Origin: Elusimicrobiota bacterium
GTDB lineage: Bacteria; CG03; SLGR01; JBDRKX01
DNA: 64,000 nucleotides
Direction of reading: 5' to 3'
Assembly: GCA_043813605.1 (NCBI GenBank)
Contig: JBDRKX010000047.1
Span: 64,001-128,000 of the forward strand
Shown: positions 15,101 to 27,100 of the stretch, piece after piece
Numbering within the stretch: the stretch's first letter is position 1
How the letters are laid out: every line of letters begins with the position of its first letter
The notes under the pieces: generated by a model
What the model was told of the DNA's origin: nothing
The model's input: only the letters and a program-made list of their open reading frames with translations
The model's database searches: none
Translations under genes and position numbers: made by a program

Positions 15101-18100
15101 CAGTATATAATCCGCCGCCATATACTTATATTCACTAAAAGAATCTGTTAGGTGATCTGTGCCGTATTTAGAAAACGCCTCTGACAGATCTACTATACTG
15201 CCCAGTTTTTCATCTTTCGCTACAGTAAACTCCTTGACCAGAAGATCCGTCATGATATAATTTTTCAGTTCCAGAAGCCTGTTTAAGCGAGAAGGAGACT
15301 CAGTACTGTCTCTTTTGTCTTCCACAATATCCAGCACCCTGATACCGGATTCCGGCCTGATACCCAGTCTGTCATATTGTTCTTTTATACTTTCAACATC
15401 GAAAAGATCATCTTCAATTGATCTTATCAGCTCAGCAAATTCCTTTTCAGAAACTTCGGAAGGTTTACCTTTATCTTTGAATATGGTCTTTAAGCCCGGA
15501 TATATATCGGATATCCATTCATTATCCCCTGTTATTCCCATAAACCTGTATATGACCATCTTCAAGGTCTGGTATGCTATATTCATTGCCCAGGTAAATG
15601 AGAAATTCCTGTTATTCAGTTCTTCCAGCGCGACAGAGTATTTTCTTGTCCATTCTGTCCGGGTGCCCCGCTGCATCGATGTTCCTGCGCCCCTTACGGA
15701 CGGCAAGATTCCTATTATACCGGGTTTACTGTATTTATATATTTCCCCATATTCATCCCAGAGGTCACTTTCAAGAAGCGGCCTGGGCCCGAATAACGAC
15801 ATGTCTCCTCTAAGTACTGCGAATACCTGCGGTACCTCGTCAAGAATAGTCTGGCGGAGTTTCATCCCGAACCAGCCCACATGTTTATCCGGTTCCCGCA
15901 TTGTCCTCAGTTTATAGACATTGAACGGTTTTCCCTGGTATCCGATCCTTTCCTGCATGAACACCGGTGTACTTCGTGTTTCTATCGCCACGATCGGTGA
16001 AATAAAAGTAATAAAAACTATTGCCGGTATCAAAAAGAGAGACGATATGACAATATCCATTATTCTTACGGATCTCGATCCTGCGATATTTTTACGGGGT
16101 TTCTGTATTAGCAATTGAGCCAGATCAGTTACATTATCCAGTATCGCTTCTTCTATCTTAGCAGGCAGGTTTATCCGCACTGCATCAGTTCTCTCTGCAT
16201 CCAGCAGTCTTACCGGATTATCGAGCATCAGCCTTTCGGTGAGCAATACTACAAGCAGCTCTTCAACAAATACTGAGTCATCACTATATTCTTTCCCATA
16301 ATTGTTTATAAAATATCTTTTAAGCTGTTCGAAATCTTTTATCTGTGTATCTTCATATATCCCGGGATCTTTTAATTTTGCGAGTATATTCGCTAAATCT
16401 TCTTTATACTGCTCGGCGGTTTCTGCCGTAGTTTCCTTTGCCGGTTCAGTAATGATCTCTACCAGCTGCTTTTTCCTGCCGGTAATAACATTAAACATCG
16501 ATCTGGCATTACTTACAGTATGGAGTAGGATCGGAGCCCATACCGTGCCCGTTATATACATGGATAATGCGTATACAAAAGAATCTCCCATAATATAGAA
16601 AAGCATATCTTTATCCGGTACTCTCTCCTGGTCTACATGTTTCTTAGCAAACCACCAGGAACTCGCAAGACCCGTAATAAGTAATGCAGGTATCTCTCCT
16701 ATATACGGCGTAAGCAGCGTAAACGGCAGATAGAATGTCACTCCCCTGTGATATATCTCTTCCCAGACAGGCGTGACAATGACCCTTATCCTCATCCATA
16801 CGGAATCTAGCATTTCTCTGCGTATTTCAGGTTGATAAACAGTGAGTTTTTCTCCAGCTATGGCAGGTTTACGATTCAATATGTAGTTTATATATACATT
16901 CTGCCAAACCAGAACAATGATATAGAACAATGGGAACAAGAGTATTTTATAATCATATTCAAGTATACCGGGAGCTATGACATAAGCAAGCATAAGAGCA
17001 GCCCCGCTCTTTATACCAACACCTAAACTACCCACAAAAGACATCTCTCTTTTGCTGTTTATATAATTTCTAAATACATTCTTAAGCAGGTTTTCTTCTC
17101 CGAAGACCTTCCTCTGGATACCAAGGTATATATCCCTGTGGTCTTCATAATCCTTTTCGCCAAAAACAGCTGAATATGCTTCGTGAAAAAGTATCTCGTC
17201 AAGATACTTCTGATACGTAGAATCGGTTATAAAATCTCTTGCTATGGCTATTTCGGCGGAATTCGCGTATGCGAGCATGTAATCTTCCCTGCCCTTTACT
17301 ACCGCGTCAAATGCTACTATATCACCCCGCGCAAAATATTCTTCCAGCCTGGCAAGTACAAGCTGCATCTTTTCATCACCCGCAAGTCCGGCACGGTCTA
17401 TCTTTTCCTTCAATTCGTCCAGTTTTCTCCGGATAAGCATTTCTCCTGCACTGTTCAGTTTGACCGTTTCTACCTTTCCTGCTTCTTCAAGCGATCTGCC
17501 TTTACCTATAGCGCCGCCGACAGCAAGTACAGGAACCGCTTTAGCTTCCAATGCCCTGTAAATATCTTTCAGTTCGGTTTCAAGGGATTCTTTTATATTC
17601 TGTAAATATTCTTTTGCAGATAACGGCTTGTTTTTTATAGCTCTTTTTTCTTTGCTCGGCAGTGTTGTATCAGGTGAATCTGTGATATCAGTACTGTCTC
17701 TGGATTCATAACCCCTCATCCTGATACCCTCGGGGCCTATAAGCGCATAGGCGCCCTGTCTGTCAAATTTTTCAGACATACCTTTATCTACTCCGAAATG
17801 CGCGTATTTCTTATCTTTGACCATAAAAGGAAGGTTAAGTTTTATCAGCGTATTGTGACCGGTAAACCAGTGTAGGACACCCAGTCTGGACTGTATATCG
17901 GCTATACCTATTTTCTTTATATAATAGTTTACGTGGTTGGGCTTGATCTTTATTATCTTATCCGCATACCAGGAATATACCCTGTCGAGCGCCGGCCATC
18001 TTTCCCTGAGACTCCTGCCCGGAGCTCTAAGATCGGATGATATGATATCAAACCCTTTAAATAGATTTTTCCCTTTATATTCTTTGCCTTTATATTCAAC

Positions 18101-21100
18101 AATTATATCTGCTCTGTTTTTTCCTGCGGTCTGGACAGGGAACCAGCTGTGTGTTACCAGGTTACCGTAGATATCTTTAGAATACAGGCTAAAATTCCGG
18201 CGGGTATATTCTGACATGGCCTGCAAGGTATGGCTTCTCAGATAGTTTGCCTGGGTGACTTTTTCGCCTTTAAACTCTCTCCGGTCTTTATTTATCAGTT
18301 CGATATCGGTATCCGGATCTTCGATCATACTGTTAAGTTCTTTAATAACGGATTCTCCCCATCCCTCATGGCTTGACCAGTCTTTGAACCACCATTCGGT
18401 AGATTCGTAGGCCTGTGTGTTTATCGATTCGAATACCCTGTACCACCACTGTTCTTTTCCGCCGGACTTTTTGTCTTTTACCGCAATATCCCGTCTTTTT
18501 TCAACTATCCCGGCAAGCTGTCCGGCAAGAGCCACTGCACCGTCCCAGGCATCCAGCTCGGTATTATCAGAGATCCAGATGCCCCGTCGGGCCTCCCTGC
18601 CTTTCATCAGTTCGCTGTGTATCCTGTGCCACCACTCGGGGGATGTCTTACCTACACCGTTTAATCCGACAAACGGTGACGGAACCTTTATCCTTTCGAA
18701 ATTTCCAAGAAATTCTTCCCATATATCCTTCTGCTGGCCTGTCCAGCGTTTTTTATGTTTATTATGGAGTCTTATATATTCTTTTCTGATATCTCCTATT
18801 TTTCCGTCGAGTACTTCCTCCTGGAACCTGTTCTGTTCATCATTGTATTCAGCCAGTCGGGCCGCCCACCATAACATGTTTTCGCGTTCCGCTTCTTCTC
18901 CCGCATAATTCTCAGTATTTCTGTTTCTTCTAACCAGTTCTTCTGCTACACTGTCGCCGTGGAAATCAAAACCTTTATACCACGGCAGATGCCCGCCTTC
19001 CATATTACCGTGCACCAGGAGACAATGGTTGCCCGGCACATAATCGACCTTCTCTTTTCCCGCTTCGTCCAGTTCCATGGCAAGCAGAGTGCACTTTATA
19101 CCGTGAGCGCCCCTGTCAATATAATCACCATTTAAAATTATCTTTGCGTTTATATCATCGAACGATACTCCCTGTTCTTCCAGCTGTTCTGCCAGCGGCA
19201 CCACCCCGTATTCGATCATCACTTTTTTGCCCGTGAGCTTGGACAGCGCGTCACTCAAAAGCGAATTAAACCTGTCGATATCTCCGTGAAAATCCGATAT
19301 AACCACGGTCTTGGGCAGATTACCTGTACCCGGTTCAGCCAGTTCTTTGTCTATCTCTCTACGCAGTTCATTGATCTGGGCAATACGTCTCGCTTCAAAA
19401 AAGATACTATAGATAAAAGGATCAGTAGAGCTCCAGTTTTCTTCCATGACATTATCTATCATTTCACGTATACCAGGAGTCTCTATCCTGAGATATTTAT
19501 CGCTTATCCTGCCGACCGTCTTGTCTATCGGCACGTTTTTACTTATACGGTCATATATGAAAGGGCCGATCGTACTGTTATAGAACGCGGCAGAATCAGC
19601 TTCAGATAATGCCAGTAAAGCCTTGTAATAGTGGCTGTCTTCCGATACCCGTGCTAACATTTCCGTTCCGGCAAGACTTACAGTACCTAATCCGGCGTCA
19701 TGATGTTCGATCAGAAACATCATATCTTTTCTCACTTCTTCCGGTATAATTCCTTGAAGCAGATAATCAGCATAGCGGGCACTGTTACGCGGGTGCAATA
19801 GTTTTTTTCTTACCTCTTCATCGAGATTGTTGTCAGATAAATACGGCATCCTTGCAGCAGGGAGATACCTCTCTATATCATGAAAAAGAGCCGCAAGTAT
19901 AAGCGCCATATCCGCATCAGGTTTGATCTTAAGAAGCCAATCCAGTACTTCTTTATAATGTCGGCGGTCTGTCAATTCAGTATAGGCATCTTCTGGGTCT
20001 ATAGTATCGTATATGAATTCTGCGAGTTTAAATGCCGCATCCAGCCTGCTTTCAGCAGTCTTAACGCCGTACTGCTGCATCCGGTTCAATATAGCCTCTT
20101 TCTCTGTCTTAATTACAGCAGGCAACAATATCTTGCCGGTATTTGTCCTGTAGAGAAGTTCTGCCGCTTCTTTTTCACCTTCTGTCAGTTCATCGTATTT
20201 TCTGCCCTGGGCTTTCGTATTGTACCAGGCTATCGCTTTATCCAATTCAAGCACTTCTTTGCCTTTTGTGTACTTTGCAGTTATCCCTATCAGTTCTTCT
20301 TCTATCCTATCAAGCCCCTGGTAACTCAAGGCGGGGAACTGGATAATAAAGGATTTTATATCCCTTATCTTTTTCTCCTGTTCGATACGCGTAATATCTT
20401 CTTCGCCGATATCTCTGATATTTCCCCAGTTTTCCCTGGCTTTAACCATCATAATTTTAACATCTTCAGCATTTTCCAGTATCCGGTTCTGATAGTAACG
20501 GAAGAGCCACAGTTTCAGAGCCAGCCCCCTGACACCCATCCTGCTTATAAGGTATATATCCGCCTGCTGTTCTTCCCAGCGCAGGCTGTCATCAGCTGTC
20601 AATCCTTCCCTCTTGAACACCTTTTCAATATCCCAGGCATTAATAGCCGTGTGATGGCCTTTTTCGTGCAGTACACCGGCTTCTATGATATTCTCCCCGA
20701 GTTGAGGTGAGACTTTTAATATTGAATTCATCAATTCTACATATTCATCATCTATTTCCAGTATCTTGTTTTTATGAACAGACATGAAATTATCCATCCT
20801 GCTGAGTATCATCCGGCCAAATCCGTGTTTACTTGCTATCTCTTTTATTTTTTTGAGCGTCTCGAAATACTCTGCGGTCTTTACCGAAAGCGGTACTGTT
20901 TTGCCCGGTTTTTCGGACAATTCTATTACGTCGAGCCCTTCTATCTCGTCAAGCTCTATGATCCCGAGCATCGCTCTCGGTCTTTCCTGTTCCGCTTCAG
21001 GTTGCACTATAACCGTCCGCGCACCTTTTTCTTCTACATATACTGTTATCCAGCCGGGTATGTTCACACCATACTCTTCAGCAACTTTAATAAACGTATC

Positions 21101-24100
21101 ATAATCTTTCCCGGAATAGAATGTTATTTCATTTAATGCTTCAGCAGGCAGTTCTGCTACTCCCTTTAACCGGCCTTCATCTGAGCGTTCGACATTCATT
21201 ACATATTTTTTCTTTATACCTATAACCGCACCTAACGGACCTTTGTTAGCAACAGTCAGCGGTGAAAGATCATCTAATGTATTTATGCCTTCAGGTATAT
21301 ACGCCGAGTATTCTTCATCCCTCATAGCCTCACTTGCCCGGGCGGCGACATCTTTTTCGGTGAGCATCCTGTAACCCATATACTCGCGCTCATGCTCTCT
21401 CCATCTTTCAGCAGTCTCACGGCTTGTTGTTACGAATATCCCTTCCTCCACACCGCCCATAGCTTCATAAGTATTCTGCCGGCCGATACCTTTCTGTACC
21501 AGTTTCCCGTCTTTAAGGATCTCAAGGAGGTAGCTTGTTCCCTGCCAGTAGACAGATTCTTCAGGCCCAATACGCTTGAAGTTATATATATCTTTAAGGT
21601 GTTCAAGTTTTTTTGAATACTCGATCTCTACTATACTGTAAGCATCGACAGATGATTCATAAGCAACTTTTAAACTGAAATCTATCTTATCAGGACCGTT
21701 CATAAGCCTGCACGCCTCTTCCAGTTCTTTTGTATCCTGTTCAGATACAGGGAATTCCGGGATATCAACTATACTGCGCCCCGGCTGGCTGGCATTTATT
21801 AATTTGGCTATCTTGGGCCACTTCGCCCCTTCTTCATCCAGTCTCCGGTAATACCAGTCCTTAAATCCTGTCCACCATATCTCAAGGAACTCTTCACGTG
21901 TTGCAATACCTCCAATAAAGAACTTGACGGTGTTTTCTCTCATATCCAGTTCATATGGTTTGTCACCTTCAGGAGATTCATTTATAAACTCTGATTCGAA
22001 CGGCAAGCTGTAATATCCCAGTCTCATAAGATAAGATACCTGTTCATGCTGTATCTGTTCAAAATCGATCTCTTTTGATATTGCTCTCGGTCTCTCTTTT
22101 TTTACAGCTTTAACTTTAGCGGCAACTCGTTTTTTTGCCTCGATCTCTACAGAGAAATCTTCTCTGAGTATCTCCATCGCCTCTTCTGCTGAATCCACTA
22201 TTCTAAGAATTGATTCCTTCTCATGCCGCTGGGTATCGTCACTGACAGCTATTGTCGGCGGATCATATGACTGCATTGTCTTGAATATGGTGTCTTTTAT
22301 TGGTTCCCAGAAATCTTTGCCGATAAGTATTATGGGCCTCTTGGGGAACTTTTTCGTCTGCATACTGCAGAGTATGCCGAAAAGGTGCATCATTGTCTGC
22401 CGGCCGCCGGGAGCTACTACAATCGCCTGGGAGTTCTTTGAAAGAAGCAGTTGATGATTAGTATTTCCGGAGATTACTACATTGTTTTCTATTGTTTTTT
22501 CATTTTCAGTCTTATTTTCATACTTATCCATTGTGAGCGTAGACTGTATCATACTCATATCTTTGCGGTCTGTGGATTCGACGATCTTATCCAGGAGCGT
22601 TCCCCGGCTGCCTATACGTACCGGAACTCCCTCAGATATGATTTTGTCTTTGAGTTCCCCTACTGCATCAAGAGCATCAGCATCGTTTATTATATGCGGT
22701 TCCCCCATGAATGTCACACTCGTATCCATACTGCTCAGTTTACGAAGACCAGTATTCAGCTGCTCGTTAATGGCATTGAGCCTGTTTTCATCCATATCGA
22801 TCGGTATGAAGTTCTTTGAAGCCTTTTTCATGAGTTCTACGGCCTCTTCAGGAGTATCCGCATAAAGCGGTTCGGGTATGTCTTTTGCTGATATACCGGA
22901 TTTTCTCCAGCTCTCATAGAAAGAATCTACTATCGGTTTCCAAAAACTCTTATTCATAAAAACTACGGGGACCTGGTAATACCATACAGCAAAGAACTCC
23001 TCAAGTGTTCCGAGACCGCCGACTTTTATATAAACACCTTTTGCATTTTCGTAAAGACCCTGTTTCCGCGGCAGGAAATAACTGCATGCATGGCAATCTT
23101 CTATATATGGGTTTACTTCCTGCTCCCACGGGACTACTATATTGAAACCCTGGGTGATCAGGTCTTTTGGAAGTTCACCTTCATATTCGTTCTTTGCCAT
23201 TATAAAACCTTGAGGCGCACCTTCCATAGCCGCCCCGGGACCTGCCCCTGTCCGGAGAGGCTCCCGCTCGAGGAAAATAAGTCTTCCCAGTTTTTTACCT
23301 TCTTCATAGTCTTTAGTACCCGGTTGTGTCCGAGCTGAACCGAATACGACATAAGCAGGCGCCCAGCCGCTATGCGCTTCGTATACTTTCCTGCGCTCCA
23401 TCGCCAGAACCTGTGAAACCGAAACAGCATCCTGTTCTGTCAGACGGGTCTCTTCACGTTTAAGGGTTTTTAGTACTTCGGCTATCTTCTCAAGAGATTT
23501 CCTTCCTATGCCTTTTACTCCCTTAAGTATTTCTTTCAGTTCCGCCATAGTATCAATCATTGAATAGTTCTCTGTAACTATTCGGACTATTTCATCCCTG
23601 TTCCTTAATCCCTTTATATCTTCCAGGTACAGGGTAACCTTTCTTGCCATCGCTTCAGCTTCAGTCATCGTATCCAGAGATATCTGCGCGCTCTTTTTCA
23701 GGAACGAGTAGTCTTCTACCACCTGTATCTCGACCTGGTTCTTACGGGATTCCTCGAGTATAGTTGTCAGGCCTTCCAGGTCATCAATTTCAAGGAACGG
23801 ATTTGAAAGAGTTTTTACCTTTGCCGGGATCCACTTCAATGACCCGTTAATAAACCTTTCGACTTCAAGGCTGTTCCAGTCTATGCGGTCAATATACAGT
23901 GACCTTATGCCTTTGTCATCCGGTTTCCTTTCGATCGGTTCGCCGCTGATAAGCTTTTCTTCAGCCGTATATGTCACAACTCTTATGTAGTATCTTTCCG
24001 ATTTTTTGTTCCGTATGAGTCTCTGAATACCGGGCACCTTAAAAGCCTCTTTCAGTGTTCTTTCTTTGGAATCGTGGTATTTGATCCTTATCTTTTCCCC

Positions 24101-27100
24101 TGTCAGAGCCTGGAGGATATCACCGTCATTCCTCACCATCGACAGGAAGATGATCCTGGCATCAGGCCTATCTGTGCTCGAATACCATTCTTTAAGAGTC
24201 ATCACATGCGGTACCCGGTTACTGCCATACTTTCTCTTCATCTCGGTTAACGCAAACTCTTTCTGAGCATCGGTCAGAGTAACTACCAGCGTATTATCAG
24301 GCGTTATCATGGTGCCGAAGAAACCGGCAGTATAATAGGATTCTATTTTATTCATGATACCTGTTATTTCTGCCGGATTGATATAACCGCCTTCTTTTTT
24401 TATCTCCCTGAAAACCTTCTGCTGTATGAGTACAGAATAAAAATCAGCCCTGCTTGTCAGCATTGAGGCCTTTATATCCAGTCCGGGATCGTTTACCCTT
24501 AATATCTCGGCACGGAGGATAAGCGATGTTTCAGGATTGTACCTTACGGTTGTGGCAGTAATGGGTATCCAGCGTCTTCTATCGGAAAACTGCCTGTTAT
24601 ACTTCTCTATAGCCTCTACACGGCTTAACAGAGTCTCCGGCAATATACGCTGAAGCGTCTTTGTCGGATTCAAAGGCAGCGGCAGAATATCCGGCATATT
24701 GCTAAACCTGTCGTTTATGCTTCTTATCGCTTTCTTAAATTCTTCAAGTCTTCTCTGTTTTATCTTTTCGGACAGTATCTCTTCGGTAACAATCCATTTT
24801 TTGCCGTCCCATACAGGATATTTCCATTTATTATTCTTTTCATCCCATATTCTTATCCGAGACCGGGCAATGTGGGCTCTATCCAGTATAAGCGGCAAAC
24901 TCTTGACGTTCTTTGCCGGCCAGTTCCTGCCTTTCAACCCGTTTACCATCAATACAGTATCGCCGGATTTCCCTGTTCCTATTCTATTGGCTACTGCCTC
25001 GAATTCTTCCGGCGCTCCTGCTAACGGGCCGACATCTTTTTTATCTGCTGAATAACCGCGTATGGTAAATCTTTTCTCTCCTGAAGCAATCAATTCAAAA
25101 AGTTGTATTACCTCTTCTTTTAAACGTCCTTTAAAAGGATAATGCGTGGTAAATCTTGAAGTGAAATCATGAATTCTGCCTGCAAGTTCAGTATCCCATT
25201 TTATCTCTTTCTTCAAGGCGATCTTATTGGCAGCAAACTCTATTGCTTCATGGGACAATACCAGGGCAAGTGATGCCGACGGAAGGTCTTCGAATATTTT
25301 CCTGCTGATATAAATTGTATTGCGTTCTATATCGGCAGTCGCTACAAACCCGGGTGGCGCCCTTTCGTTATCAGTATTTACAAGTACCAGGTTGGGAATG
25401 TTTATTGCACTCTGTACTTTTATCATCCCGAATTTAACAGGAAGTTTCAGCATACCCGATATTATCAGTTTCTTTGCCTCCTGCGATCTTTTTTCGTATT
25501 CTTCTTTTCCCTTATCCCAGTACCCGGCTTCCTGTTTTGCAACTTTGCCTTTTCCATGCTGGATTATAAACCCTTCACCGTTTTTTCGCGCCCACTCTAT
25601 AAACGCCCTGTCCTGTTTAGCCTCATAGGGACTTACCCTTTTTGTCGCAGAAACTCCCGCTTCTACAACTGACTGCTTTTCATATTCTTCGGCCATATCC
25701 TTTAATTCCTGTTCTATCCTGTCGAGGGCTTTGTAATTGAGTGCCGGAAAATAATTAAGGAAAGACTCGATCTTTAACAATACCCTTCTTTTATCTGCAA
25801 AAGAAAGATCTTTTTCGTGCACAGCCTTTATCAGATCCCAGTTACTTTTTTCCAGGCCCATAAATACTTCCACGTCTTTTACACTTTTCAGTATGTTCTC
25901 GTAATAAAAATACTCAGTAAACCACAATCTGACCGCATAACCTCTTATCCCCGCCTCGCTGATAAGATATATGTCAGCCTGCTGTTCCTCCCAGAAACTT
26001 TCTTCCATCATGCCCAATAAACCCATACCGGCCATCTTCTCCGATATCTCCCAGTAACTCATACCAACATGGTGTCCCTTTTCATGGATCAATAAATCCC
26101 TGATTATCTCTTCAGCAAATTCCGGCGACATCTCTGAAATTGCAGCTACCTTTTCAACGAACTCATCCCCTATCGTCAGAGTAAAGTCTTTACTTATCGT
26201 TAAAGGATACTTTATCTTCTCTAGTTCCATGCTCTGGAAACCAATATCATTTGCAGTCTTTTTGACTTTTTTCAAGGTTTCAAGATAGACATCGCTTTTT
26301 CTTGAAAGATCCAACTCTTTTGATACCCGTATCTCTTTGAATTCGATAAGTTCCCTGATATTGAAAGCTTTATTGAATGCTGAAGCCATAATAACACCTT
26401 GTTCAGCCTCCTGCCCGTTAAAATTATTTTCTATTGATACCCTGTCAAGATAATCAGTATCTATGGCATCATACGAGCCGAAAACAAAATAGACATTTTT
26501 AAGACGGTTCCTGTTGGCCTCTTTCAGTACCCACTTGATCTCGTTTGTGGTAACGCTCTCATGTGTATCGATATTCTCGTCCGCTACGAAGAATACTACC
26601 GGTTCACCTGTTCTTGTAAGTTCATCTACAAAATCCTCCGAAACATGAGACGATAGTTTCAGATCATGCTCGGCTCTCATAAAATCCTTTAATCCGAATA
26701 TGGTCGACAGTGCCCAGTATATTCCGTGTTTTTCTCTCATTCCCAGTGCATATCCGAAAGTACTGCTCGGCGACAGTTCTTCAGTTTTTTCACTGGTCCT
26801 TGAACTTTCATAGATATCCCTGTCCACTTCTCCGGTTACACGCATACCTTCTATTTCACCGCGCGATACTGCAGTGAAAAAGTCTGCTATGGTATATACT
26901 CCTGCAGAACTTTTTTTCAGTTTAGATAGGCTTATGTAACGAGAAACCCCGGCTTTTTTCATTTCTTTCTCAAGGTTAGTCTCTTTTATTGAATCAGCTA
27001 TAAGGTGGGAATCTGGTTTATCATATTCAATTTCAGGAGTGGGTTCAGCTGCGGCTTCCGGCTCTGCAGGCAGAGGGGTAGAAGCCAGCCCTTTTATTAC

